A stretch of 26,392 bases of DNA from a virus (taxonomy: Duplodnaviria > Caudoviricetes): positions 1 through 26,392 of the IMG/VR virus record IMGVR_UViG_3300020276_000007; one strand, written 5' to 3'. The notes below the pieces were generated by a model. That model was not told where the DNA came from, made no database searches, and worked only from the letters and a program-made list of their open reading frames with translations. How positions within the stretch are numbered: the stretch's first letter is position 1; each line of letters starts with the position of its first letter. Positions 15,224 through 24,497 of the stretch are shown piece by piece. The translations under genes were made by a program, and so were the position numbers.

Positions 15224-15231
15224 TATTTATC
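15224..15231 (-). promoter_or_regulatory. late promoter variant (gp23)
   Basis: GATAAATA in the gp22-gp23 gap, upstream of RBS TAAGGAG. Confidence 0.65.
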
Positions 15232-15233
15232 TA

Positions 15234-16433
15234 TTAAGTGTTTTTTGCCCTTTTGTGGGTTTTTTGAATTGCAGCCATATATGCCGCCATTGCATCTGAA
15301 TCTACTGGACCAGATTGCTCTGTTTCAGTTTCTTCTGATAACACCTCTTCAACTTTTTTCTCTGAAGGAAAATAAGACTCTTTCAAAGTATCAAGTTTTT
15401 GTTTAAAGGACTCTTCGCCAGAGAACTCAACATCTTTTGTCAAAGAAATAAATTTTTCTTTTTCAGTTTCAGCTAAGTCATTGGTTGCGTCAGAAATTAA
15501 TGATTCTCTTACAAGTTCACCAATTCTAGATTTAGAATTTTTATCTTCTTCAATCTTTTCATTTAGTTTACCTTTAAGGTCTTCAATTTCTTTTTCCTGA
15601 GCCTCAAGAATATTATACTTCTCATCAGGAACATCAATGTAGTGGTCTTCAAACAATTGCTTTAGACCTGAAATGAAATCTTCAGCGATTTCACCTTTAA
15701 GGCCTCTTTCAATTGCAAGTTGATTTTCTTTTTTCCACTCTTCAGTAACATAGTTAAGATAAGAGTCAATTTTGTCTACCATATCTTCTTTTTGTTCTTC
15801 TAGTGTTTTCTGATTCTCTTCTTTTAATTGAGCCTCAATAGATTTGATTCTAGATGAAACAGCTGCTTCAAAAATAGTTTCAGCTTTAGATTTAAATTCA
15901 TCAGAAAAATCTTCGCCTTGTAACAATGCTTCAACATCTTCTTTAACAGAATGTGTTTTTGATTCGTGTTCACCTTCCATTTTTTTGTCATACATTGCTT
16001 TGACCATTTTTTCTTTAGACCCCATATCCATTTCTTTAGCATACATAGCATGTAGGTCTTCTTTTGAATGTTTCATCATTTCTTTTTTGTAAGTTTCGTA
16101 TGTTTCATCAACATCATCTTCTTCAGCTTTTACTTCTTTGTCTGCATCTTCTTTAATCTTATCAGCAGGCTCAGAAGCTACAGCTGATTTTGATGCATCA
16201 GATGTATCTTTTTTTACTTTTTTTGCTGCATCAGGCTTTCCAGCTTGATTAGCATCTTTAGTCGGTGTTGGTCCACCCACATCTTCTGGTTCCTCACCAC
16301 CCTTCATTTTGGGCATTGGGTCGGCCTTACCGCCAGTAGAATCTGGTGATTTTTCTTGAAGTCCGTTAGCCTCATCTAATTCAGCAACGACTTCTTGTTC
16401 CAACTCCTCAATAGTCTTATCTAATTCTGACAT
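15234..16433 (-). CDS. gp22: prohead core scaffold protein
   Basis: FSDEFKSKAETIFEAAV, DSYLNYV.EEW..EN.LAIERG, LKQLFEDHYIDVPDEK. Long acidic low-complexity N-terminus. Confidence 0.95.
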   Translation of the reverse strand: MSELDKTIEELEQEVVAELDEANGLQEKSPDSTGGKADPMPKMKGGEEPEDVGGPTPTKDANQAGKPDAAKKVKKDTSDASKSAVASEPADKIKEDADKEVKAEEDDVDETYETYKKEMMKHSKEDLHAMYAKEMDMGSKEKMVKAMYDKKMEGEHESKTHSVKEDVEALLQGEDFSDEFKSKAETIFEAAVSSRIKSIEAQLKEENQKTLEEQKEDMVDKIDSYLNYVTEEWKKENQLAIERGLKGEIAEDFISGLKQLFEDHYIDVPDEKYNILEAQEKEIEDLKGKLNEKIEEDKNSKSRIGELVRESLISDATNDLAETEKEKFISLTKDVEFSGEESFKQKLDTLKESYFPSEKKVEEVLSEETETEQSGPVDSDAMAAYMAAIQKTHKRAKNT

Positions 16434-16464
16434 TGGGGATTCTCCTATATTTTATTATCATTAT

Positions 16465-16472
16465 TATTTATA
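16465..16472 (-). promoter_or_regulatory. T4-type late promoter (gp22)
   Basis: Intergenic TATAAATA upstream of RBS AGGAG. Confidence 0.85.
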
Positions 16473-16475
16473 GTT

Positions 16476-17123
16476 TTATAACTTTTTAAGAAACTTTGCG
16501 AACGCTAAAGCCTCCACATTAGGAAGTTTTTTACGAACGCTCTCTTCTACAGTTTCAACTATTTCTTCAAGCTCGACTTCTTTAAGAAGTCCGTTATTCC
16601 AAACCCATTCTTTTCCTTCCATTATTCCGTTAACGAATGCTTGAGGAGCAGAAGGGTCTGCCACTATGTCGGCTGCTGCAGCTAACATAAAATCGTCTTT
16701 CACATAATTGGCACCATTCTTTTGTTCTAAAGAACCCATACCTCTTGAAGATACACCTAACATGCCACCTTCATTCATTATGTTTTTAACAATCTTACCC
16801 ATTGGTGTTTCCATAATCTTGGCTTCACCGATAAAATTGCTACCTTCTCTTTTCAGAGATGTTACCATATGAGATACTCTATCTAAATTTACAGTAGGAC
16901 CTTCAGGATGACCAAGTTCACCATAAGCTCTATTTTTTTCTATAAATTCTTTATTGTATCTTTTGATTTCTTTTTCTAATACTTCTACAGGATATACTCT
17001 ACCATTACGGTTTTTGATATCTCCTTGCATAAATATACCTTCAATCTTATAATTCTTTTCACCTTTATCGTCTTCTTCTGCAAGAAACTTTACATTCTCT
17101 AATGCCTCAGATATTAGTTTCAT
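16476..17123 (-). CDS. gp21: prohead protease
   Basis: IEGIFMQ..KNRNGRVYP, GELGHP, GVSSRGMGSL, DIVADPSAP. Confidence 0.98.
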   Translation of the reverse strand: MKLISEALENVKFLAEEDDKGEKNYKIEGIFMQGDIKNRNGRVYPVEVLEKEIKRYNKEFIEKNRAYGELGHPEGPTVNLDRVSHMVTSLKREGSNFIGEAKIMETPMGKIVKNIMNEGGMLGVSSRGMGSLEQKNGANYVKDDFMLAAAADIVADPSAPQAFVNGIMEGKEWVWNNGLLKEVELEEIVETVEESVRKKLPNVEALAFAKFLKKL

Positions 17124-17132
17124 AGTTTTATC

Positions 17133-17525
17133 CTATTTTGAATTAGTATAACCTTCTACTTTTTTAAGTTTTAACATAATTGTTGTAGCTGCACTTGATG
17201 TAATTCTTATATCACCAGTGTAACCAGATGATTTAGGATTTTCAAGTGTGAACCCTGAAGTATCGGCAAATCCCCACGATGCATTACCATAAAGAGTAAT
17301 CATATCATCATCTGTAGTTGCATCAAATGTAAATAATGCAGAGGTTGCAGCAGCTGCACTTGACATTTTGATTGCAGCAATATTTACTACTTCTTCACCT
17401 GTACCAGCATTACCAGACAACGAACCAGCCGTTACGGCTACTGTATTTGATTCAGCACCTGAAGCAGAACAAACGATTAATGTTTCGTGATCAGAATCTT
17501 TTATTATTTTTGTGCTCCAAGCCAT
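17133..17525 (-). CDS. hypothetical virion/prohead-region protein
   Basis: 130-aa Ala/Ser/Thr/Gly-rich ORF between portal and protease. TGDI.IT motif. Confidence 0.75.
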   Translation of the reverse strand: MAWSTKIIKDSDHETLIVCSASGAESNTVAVTAGSLSGNAGTGEEVVNIAAIKMSSAAAATSALFTFDATTDDDMITLYGNASWGFADTSGFTLENPKSSGYTGDIRITSSAATTIMLKLKKVEGYTNSK

Positions 17526-17528
17526 TTT

Positions 17529-17777
17529 TTATTTTCCTATCGTTAACATTTCTTTTTCAAAGTATGTCATTAATTCTTTTTCTGTAACTTTATGTTTTTT
17601 TGAAACAAAAGTTATATTGCGTTCAAAACTATTTATAAAATCTGATGAGTTAGAGTCCATTTTTTTGAATATTTCGTCAACTGCCTTCTTCATTTTAGGT
17701 GATAGTTTACGATATTCTGAACTCTTTTTGTGCTCATCTTTTTCTACAATATTAGTATAGAAGCTATCAAACCTCAT
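17529..17777 (-). CDS. small prohead-core-region protein (gp68 position)
   Basis: 82 aa, TTG start with GAGGA RBS. Assignment from gene order only. Confidence 0.6.
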   Translation of the reverse strand: MRFDSFYTNIVEKDEHKKSSEYRKLSPKMKKAVDEIFKKMDSNSSDFINSFERNITFVSKKHKVTEKELMTYFEKEMLTIGK

Positions 17778-17958
17778 CAGTTTCCTCTGGTTGATCAGGT
17801 ATATGTTTAGTTACCATAGCTTTTGCTTGAACTTGTCTTTCTTTTTCTAATGCTTGACCTACTTTGTCAGACATTATACTTTTAAAATCAGACTCAGCAT
17901 CTATATTGTTTTGATTGTCAATATTGTCTATCATAGACTTAATTTTTTCATTACTCAT
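17767..17958 (-). CDS. small prohead core protein (gp67 position)
   Basis: 63 aa, TAATG-coupled to the portal gene, GGAG RBS. Assignment from gene order. Confidence 0.65.
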   Translation of the reverse strand: MSNEKIKSMIDNIDNQNNIDAESDFKSIMSDKVGQALEKERQVQAKAMVTKHIPDQPEETDEV

Positions 17959-19547
17959 TAATTATCTCCGTTATCTGAGGGTGGTGCACCGTCATATGCA
18001 TCTAAATCGTCACCAGATATTGGTGAACCATCAATAGATGGATATCTAGTTACGCCATCTGTGTCTTGTGGTACACTTACTCCACCATCTGAAGTATCCA
18101 TACCTGCCTCTTTATTCATTTCATCTTTCATTGATTCAATTTCAGAATCTGTCATTCTTAACACATTTTGTTGTACCCATTTTTTACTATAAAAAGTACC
18201 AACATAATTTTCAATCTGACCTAACATATCAAGTCTTTCTTTAATTAACTCAGCTTCTTTAAGTTCACTAAAGTTATTATCTTGTAAATAATCATATTGA
18301 ATATGTTCTTTTATATCATGCCATTCTTCGTCTGCAATAATACCTTTAAGGACAAGTTGTGTTCTAAGAATATCAGAAAATAAATTAGAAAACTTTTTAC
18401 GCAGTCTACCAATAAACTTTGTAAATTTTAATTCATCTCTTGTAATCTCTGTTGATCTACCTAATGAAAAGTTTTGTTCTGCTTCTAGTCTTGAGATAGG
18501 AACATTTAATGAACGATATAACTTTCTTTGAAAGTATGTAATATCATCTATCTCACCTAAGTTTTGTCCACCAGGTAAAGTTGTAATCTCTGTACCACGA
18601 CCACCTTCTCTTCTAGGTAACCAGAAGTCTTCTAACATAGACATATGGTTTCTATCATCACGAATTTCACCAGTAGATGCATCATATACTAGTTTGTTAC
18701 GATAGCGATTCATTACATCTTTTAAATATTGTTCTGCTTTAATTTTAGGTAAATTACCTACATCAATGTAGAATATTCTTCTTTCAGGTGCTCTTGATAT
18801 TCTGTAAATAACAACAGAATCTTCAATCATTCTTAATTGATTAACAGGTTTGATTGCTTTATTTAAATAAGATAAAACTGTGCCCTTACTCATATCTATT
18901 AAACCAGAAGGACAATATGCAACAGAGTCTTTTGTTAACTTAACACCAGTTGAAGTATTATCAAAGTTAACACCTGCCGGACTATAAAGGTAATATTCTT
19001 TTACACCTTTTACAATTTCTATCTTTGCATTACTACCAAGTTTTTTATCAACTTCTCTAACTTTTTTAATTTTTCTAGGGTCAATATATCTTAGTTGCAT
19101 TAAACCCCTTTTTGGATTTTTAGGGTCTAATATTTTATGATAGTATATTCTACCATCAACATACCATCTACGAAATATATCGTGAGCTTTTCCTTCAAAG
19201 TCTAATAATTTGAGAATGTTATCAAACTCTTCTCTAATCTTTCTTTTTATACTTTCGGAAACTTTTAAATTGTCAAGAACAAGAGAAACAGCAGCATCTC
19301 TTTCGTTAGATGCAATTGCTTCGTTTATGATATCTTCTATTGCACTATCACATTCAGGTTGTATTGCAATATCACGATATCTGCGAATCAGGTCGTCTTC
19401 TGTTCGTGAACGACCATCTAAATCCATAATGGAAGAATAGAAACCACCACTGACAGCGTCAAATGTTCCGTCATCAGTTGATGGTTCTACAACAGTTTGG
19501 ATGTTCTCTTTTTTTCTTTTGATTTCAAAACCAAAGAATTCAGCCAT
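17958..19547 (-). CDS. gp20: portal vertex protein
   Basis: WYVDGR, YRISRAPERRIFYIDVGNLPK.KAEQY, MLEDFWLPRREGGRGTEITTLPGGQNLG. Confidence 0.99.
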   Translation of the reverse strand: MAEFFGFEIKRKKENIQTVVEPSTDDGTFDAVSGGFYSSIMDLDGRSRTEDDLIRRYRDIAIQPECDSAIEDIINEAIASNERDAAVSLVLDNLKVSESIKRKIREEFDNILKLLDFEGKAHDIFRRWYVDGRIYYHKILDPKNPKRGLMQLRYIDPRKIKKVREVDKKLGSNAKIEIVKGVKEYYLYSPAGVNFDNTSTGVKLTKDSVAYCPSGLIDMSKGTVLSYLNKAIKPVNQLRMIEDSVVIYRISRAPERRIFYIDVGNLPKIKAEQYLKDVMNRYRNKLVYDASTGEIRDDRNHMSMLEDFWLPRREGGRGTEITTLPGGQNLGEIDDITYFQRKLYRSLNVPISRLEAEQNFSLGRSTEITRDELKFTKFIGRLRKKFSNLFSDILRTQLVLKGIIADEEWHDIKEHIQYDYLQDNNFSELKEAELIKERLDMLGQIENYVGTFYSKKWVQQNVLRMTDSEIESMKDEMNKEAGMDTSDGGVSVPQDTDGVTRYPSIDGSPISGDDLDAYDGAPPSDNGDN

Positions 19548-19568
19548 AATCTATAACTCCTTTTATAC

Positions 19569-19576
19569 TATTTATA
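19569..19576 (-). promoter_or_regulatory. T4-type late promoter (gp20)
   Basis: Intergenic TATAAATA upstream of RBS AAGGAG. Confidence 0.85.
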
Positions 19577-19579
19577 GAG

Positions 19580-20113
19580 TTATAAATTGATGCCTGAAAC
19601 TCTGAATGTATCATATCTCCAAGTGATTTCAAATTCTTCAATGGAATCATTCGTATCATAAGCCAATTCAATCGCACCAAGTGATTGAGGAAAACAACCC
19701 TCAAGTGTGTATTGGTGTAGTACAGTATCATCTCTATCTAGTTGTTGGATAATCATATCAACTCTATAATCAGCAGGATTTGTTGCACCTGTGTTATTTA
19801 TTGTATCGTTGATACCATTCATCCATCTTTCAATTTCTCTACGAATTGCAAAATCTGTGTCATTGAATACAGTAGTTGTCCATACTTCAAATTCTCTTTC
19901 ACCTGCAATGTATAATGTTCTTCCTCTAAAAGGTACGCCAATTTCTGTTAAGGCTTGTCCTGGTAAACTTGCAGCTTTACACATAAACGAAAATTGTTCT
20001 GTATTTATACCTGCAGTTACATTACCTAGAGGAGGTGGTAAAATTACCCTAAACTGGTTGGCACGAGCGCCACCGCCAGCAAGTCTTGATTTAAAATCGT
20101 TAATATTTGGCAT
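19580..20113 (-). CDS. gp19: tail tube protein
   Basis: GGARANQFRV, CKAASLPG, PFRGR..IAGER.FE.WT.TV.ND.DF, IEEF. Confidence 0.97.
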   Translation of the reverse strand: MPNINDFKSRLAGGGARANQFRVILPPPLGNVTAGINTEQFSFMCKAASLPGQALTEIGVPFRGRTLYIAGEREFEVWTTTVFNDTDFAIRREIERWMNGINDTINNTGATNPADYRVDMIIQQLDRDDTVLHQYTLEGCFPQSLGAIELAYDTNDSIEEFEITWRYDTFRVSGINL

Positions 20114-20114
20114 C

Positions 20115-22157
20115 TTATCCTCCTACTTCTGTAAATGCTACACCAGTTCTCACTGCTATAAAGTTAAGAGTGATAAAGTTAATAGAACGAGTAGGTTTGA
20201 TAAAGATATCAGCAACGAATTCGTTTCTATCAATGACTTCACCAGTATTATTAGTTTCGTCAGCCACTACTTTAAAATCTGTAAGACCTCTTCGTCCTTG
20301 AATTTCTCTCAAGAAAGGTTCTACTAGATTTCTAAACTGAGCTCTTGTAAATTCATCATTGAACTCAAAGAGTTGAAATTTAGCTGCAGTTGCAATTGCT
20401 TTTTCTAAAGTAATGAAAAGTCTTCTAACATTTATTCTATCAAAAGCACTTGGTTTAGCTAAACCAGTTTTGTCACCAAATAATACAGTTCCTTGTCCAG
20501 GAAATGCAACAATAGGATTGATTCTTGCTTTGTAAAGTTCATCTCTGATTGCTTGATTTGGTTGAAATGCCAATTTGACAGAACCTCTGATTTGTCCTCT
20601 AGTGAAACCACCAGGTGAGAAAAAAGGTTCAGCAACTTGTTCTGTTAGTGCTGTACAACCAGCAACATCACCGTTTAGTGGTACATAACGATAAGCGTCA
20701 TTAAATCTATCGTACATATATTTGTATCCACTATCAAATACACAGTATGAGCTACTTGTAAGTACATCAAAGAAACCTTTGACATTAATTAATTGAGTGT
20801 TCGGGTCAGAAATACCGACTACATCATTTCTTTCAGGTGAAATGAAAACTATAGCATCTTTTCTTTTTTCTGCTATTGTAATTAGATTGTTTGCTAAAGC
20901 TGTAGTAGCTGTTGCAGCCATAATTAAGTTTACATCAATAGATTCTGCATCAGCAAACTTATCATATGCATCTAATTTTTCACCATCTGTTACAGCGTAA
21001 TCGTCTGTACCACCAGCTAGTGTTGATGTTAATATTGCAGTAACATCTGCACCAGTTGCTAATGAATTATATGTGTTAGTTGATTGAACTGAACTATCAC
21101 CTTTTAATACTTTACCCCAATCACCACTACCATCAATCATTGTTGTTGGGTGGTTAGTAACATATATAAATTGAGATTCTTCAAATATTCTATCAACATA
21201 GAATAAGTGTCTACCTTGTGGGTCTGTTGCATTTGGATTTTTAGAAAGATTTGAATATGTTTCTAAAACAGAATCTAATCTCTGTCCAGCTATATCATTA
21301 TCAAATCCTGTGATATCACCAGTTGCATCATAAACAACTATATGTAATTCGTCATCTGCAATATTTCTTGCAGCTGCGTGTTCAGATGTACCAGGTTCAC
21401 CGTCAAATAAATCAAAAAATCTCCATTTAACAGTAATATATGAATCGTCTGCTAAATCTGCGATTAAACCTTTACCAGCTGGGTCATCTAACTGTCTGAT
21501 AGATATTGTTTCAGCTGAGTCATCTTTTGCATAAATTTCGTATCTTACACCTTCGTGACCAACAGCCCAAGTTGTTCTGCCGGCATCTGAATAAAATTCT
21601 ACGATAGTTCCGACATCAAAATCAGCTGCAGCAAACGCATCTAATGTAATTGTATTTTCACCAGCTGTTGCTGAAGTATCATTTACTTGTTTGGCACTGT
21701 TTTGTGAATATGTATTTTTTGTACAAATGTCAACTTTTAATGCATTACCGTGAGTTCCTGCTGTTCTAGCAGTAAAAGCACCTGCACCTGCATTTGTTGT
21801 TGCATTTCTTAAATCTTGTTGATAATTAGACTGGTAATCAACATTATCTTTAATAAGAATGCCAGTACCATCTGAATCTGCGTTTAATACTCCACCTTGT
21901 GTTCTTACAACTCTCAAATTATTAGCATACTGTAAGAAATTAGCTGCAGTAAAAAAGTATTCATACTGATTACTTGAATCTTGGGGTTTACCAAAAATTC
22001 TAACTAAATCTTGTTCAGATGTAATAACTGTAGGAACACCTACTGGACCTTTTTCAAATGGTCCTGCAACTGCTCCGATTGCTGTAGAAACCGCAGGGAC
22101 AATATTTGTTAAGTCAATCTCTTTGACCTGAACGCCTGGAGAAACTTGAAATCCCAT
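20115..22157 (-). CDS. gp18: contractile tail sheath protein
   Basis: SPGVQVKEIDLT, FSPGGFTRG, RINPI..FPG.G..LFGDKT, AFDRINVRRLF, SINFITLNF.A.RTG. Confidence 0.99.
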   Translation of the reverse strand: MGFQVSPGVQVKEIDLTNIVPAVSTAIGAVAGPFEKGPVGVPTVITSEQDLVRIFGKPQDSSNQYEYFFTAANFLQYANNLRVVRTQGGVLNADSDGTGILIKDNVDYQSNYQQDLRNATTNAGAGAFTARTAGTHGNALKVDICTKNTYSQNSAKQVNDTSATAGENTITLDAFAAADFDVGTIVEFYSDAGRTTWAVGHEGVRYEIYAKDDSAETISIRQLDDPAGKGLIADLADDSYITVKWRFFDLFDGEPGTSEHAAARNIADDELHIVVYDATGDITGFDNDIAGQRLDSVLETYSNLSKNPNATDPQGRHLFYVDRIFEESQFIYVTNHPTTMIDGSGDWGKVLKGDSSVQSTNTYNSLATGADVTAILTSTLAGGTDDYAVTDGEKLDAYDKFADAESIDVNLIMAATATTALANNLITIAEKRKDAIVFISPERNDVVGISDPNTQLINVKGFFDVLTSSSYCVFDSGYKYMYDRFNDAYRYVPLNGDVAGCTALTEQVAEPFFSPGGFTRGQIRGSVKLAFQPNQAIRDELYKARINPIVAFPGQGTVLFGDKTGLAKPSAFDRINVRRLFITLEKAIATAAKFQLFEFNDEFTRAQFRNLVEPFLREIQGRRGLTDFKVVADETNNTGEVIDRNEFVADIFIKPTRSINFITLNFIAVRTGVAFTEVGG

Positions 22158-22199
22158 ACCTCTACTCCTTTGTGTGTTTATTTAAATCTACTACAATTA

Positions 22200-22207
22200 T
22201 ATTTATA
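22200..22207 (-). promoter_or_regulatory. T4-type late promoter (gp18)
   Basis: Intergenic TATAAATA upstream of RBS AAGGAG. Confidence 0.85.
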
Positions 22208-22244
22208 AAAAAACGATTTTTGTATGTTGAGTTTTATACGAAGT

Positions 22245-22251
22245 CTAAATA
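22245..22251 (+). promoter_or_regulatory. probable late promoter for the antisense HNH-like gene
   Basis: CTAAATA-TAAAT-ATG, with a TATAAATA also overlapping 22250-22257. Divergent from the gp18 promoter. Confidence 0.5.
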
Positions 22252-22256
22252 TAAAT

Positions 22257-22583
22257 ATGAGTGAACATTATCAAAAATATCGTAATACCATCAGAAAAGT
22301 AGCAAGAAGGCATAGAAGACTTAAAGATAAATGGATAAATGAACAATTAAGAGAGAAATCTTGTAGATATTGTGGTGAGTCTGAAATAGTTGTATTGAAA
22401 TTTTATCCTGATGATAGAAAGATTCGCTCTGAATCTCAAAAAATTAGTCTAAAAGAGAATAAAAGAAATGAATTATTACAACAAATTGATAATAATGTTA
22501 TAGTTTGTCATAATTGTTTTATTAAAAAAGACAATGATTTAATTGATGAAGAAGAATTTACCAATCTGTATCATACTTCCTAA
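22257..22583 (+). CDS. HNH-endonuclease-like zinc-binding protein, active-site residues substituted
   Basis: CRYCGES..LKFYPDD..IVCHNC. Start moved to ATG 22257. 3' end overlaps the gp17 3' end by 26 nt. Confidence 0.75.
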   Translation: MSEHYQKYRNTIRKVARRHRRLKDKWINEQLREKSCRYCGESEIVVLKFYPDDRKIRSESQKISLKENKRNELLQQIDNNVIVCHNCFIKKDNDLIDEEEFTNLYHTS

Positions 22584-24198
22584 CAACTGGTGTCCAAGTT
22601 GTACCATATTCATCAATATCAGGTATAGGGTCATCTAAACCATTATCCACAAATCCAAAAGGTGCTAAGTCTTGTTCTAATTGATTTTGACTTTCCTCAA
22701 ATAGTTTTGCTCTGACATCTGTATCAGTTAATTCTTTGAAGTATGTTTGTCCAGATAACCATGCAAATAATACACAACACATTATTAAATCGTCATTATG
22801 ACCTTCTTCGGCCTGATATGATTGTCCGTGTAACACAAAAGAAGACATTTCTGATATAATATCAAAATCTTCTAATATAATCTTATCACTTTCAACCATA
22901 GTTTTTAAATTAGAACATCCTATTTTCTTTACTGCTTTAGTTGTTCTTACACCTAATTGAGATTTACCACCACTAAAACCACCACCGACTATTTGTCCAG
23001 CACGACCTCTCATACTAGCCATAATGAGATTATCATACTCTAAATCAAACTGTAATGAGTTAGCCACTTGATCACCAACATCATTTACTTCTACCATCAC
23101 AAACGCATTATTGTATGCAACGGCAACATCTTTAATTATATTTGGAAACAACATAGGTTTTATTTCATTATTTTTATATTTACCTACCAATCTGTGTGGT
23201 AGTTGTGATACATCAATTACAATAAATGCAGAGGCATCACCTTGTACACCTCTAGCCACATCTGCAACTATTACATAAGTGTGATCTTTTTTTGGTTTAT
23301 CATAAATATCTAATCCAGCACTAGACTTTATAGGTGTTCTTAATGGTATCGTTTTAATTTTTGCAGGATTAATTAAAGTATTAGATGAACCTAAAAATTC
23401 ACATTCAAATTCTTTTTGAAACTGTGCCTCTGAAGTATTTGCAATTGTTTCTTGTTTCCACTTTTCATCTCTACCTGGTACTTCAGACCAATGTACTTCT
23501 ATAGGAATATAAGTGTTCTTTTTACTTTCTGCATCTGTCCACATCTTATAATACATATTCATACCATTTGGTGTTGATACTATTATAATCTTTGTTGATT
23601 CACCAGATGAAATAGTAGGATAAACTGAACTAAAAAACTCTTCTGCTATATTTGTTGGTACAAATGCAAACTCATCTAAGAATATCATATTGTAAGAACC
23701 ACCACGAATTGCACTTGATGATGTAGAAGCTGCAACTATTCGTGAACCATTTTCTAATTCTAAACTACCTTTGTTCCAAGATAGTATTCCTTGTTGTAAC
23801 CATTTAGGTAAATGTTCATATGCTAATTGCAATCTAGAAAGTATATCTCTAGCAGTTGAAGCTTTGTTTGCTAGTATAGCGACATTCATATTCTCATTGA
23901 AAAGAACATAATGTAACATATATGAAACCATTGTTGTAGTTTTACCTGATTGTCTTGGTAATTTACAGATTACAAAACGATTATTGTGAAATGTACCAAT
24001 CATTTCTTTTTGAAATGGATACATATCAAATGGCACTAAACCTTTATCTAACGATACAATTTTTATATAATTTTCTACAAAATACTGTGGGTCATTCATA
24101 CATTTCTGAAACTCAAGTATTTGTTCTTTCGTGAACTCTTGTGGAGTGAAAGCTTTAGTTAAATTAGGATTACCAAGATATTGAGAATCTAAGCCCAT
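22558..24198 (-). CDS. gp17: terminase large subunit
   Basis: YLGNPNL, PRQSGKTT Walker A, FLDEFAF Walker B, STPNG, DVARG and HNDDL nuclease motifs. Confidence 0.99.
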   Translation of the reverse strand: MGLDSQYLGNPNLTKAFTPQEFTKEQILEFQKCMNDPQYFVENYIKIVSLDKGLVPFDMYPFQKEMIGTFHNNRFVICKLPRQSGKTTTMVSYMLHYVLFNENMNVAILANKASTARDILSRLQLAYEHLPKWLQQGILSWNKGSLELENGSRIVAASTSSSAIRGGSYNMIFLDEFAFVPTNIAEEFFSSVYPTISSGESTKIIIVSTPNGMNMYYKMWTDAESKKNTYIPIEVHWSEVPGRDEKWKQETIANTSEAQFQKEFECEFLGSSNTLINPAKIKTIPLRTPIKSSAGLDIYDKPKKDHTYVIVADVARGVQGDASAFIVIDVSQLPHRLVGKYKNNEIKPMLFPNIIKDVAVAYNNAFVMVEVNDVGDQVANSLQFDLEYDNLIMASMRGRAGQIVGGGFSGGKSQLGVRTTKAVKKIGCSNLKTMVESDKIILEDFDIISEMSSFVLHGQSYQAEEGHNDDLIMCCVLFAWLSGQTYFKELTDTDVRAKLFEESQNQLEQDLAPFGFVDNGLDDPIPDIDEYGTTWTPVVRKYDTDW

Positions 24199-24497
24199 TG
24201 AAGAGATACACCGTGTATTTTATTTTCACTAGTTAAAGATGAACCAACAATCTTCCATCTCATTTGTACTTGAGGTGAAGCTGTACCAGTTAAAGGAGTA
24301 GACCCAGTAAAAATTTTAGTTCCAGAAGAACCAGTTACATATCCAGAATCTGTTAGTGTAACATTATTAAATGTAGTATTATCTCTTGTTGCAGAAATAG
24401 TGAAATCAGATATACCATCAGGTAATTCTGCAAAGACTACTATTCTGGCTTTAATTGGTGTAGAGTTTGCAGTAAATGTATCAGATATCAAAGTTGT
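24189..24497. repeat. diverged direct repeat, copy 1 (3' end of fibre-like gene)
   Basis: Ungapped match to 25979..26287 (offset 1790 nt). 86/102 aa identical by manual count. Confidence 0.95.

Noticed and set aside
17630-17637. Intragenic TATAAATA boxes (17630-17637, 20002-20009)
   Set aside because: Several chance copies are expected at this AT content. Only intergenic, start-proximal copies were called.
19791-20327. 178-aa plus-strand ORF and the other plus-strand track ORFs (e.g. 2161..2466, 5407..5778, 10322..10615, 25666..25965)
   Set aside because: They lie wholly antisense to well-conserved genes, lack RBS/promoter support and have shadow-ORF composition.
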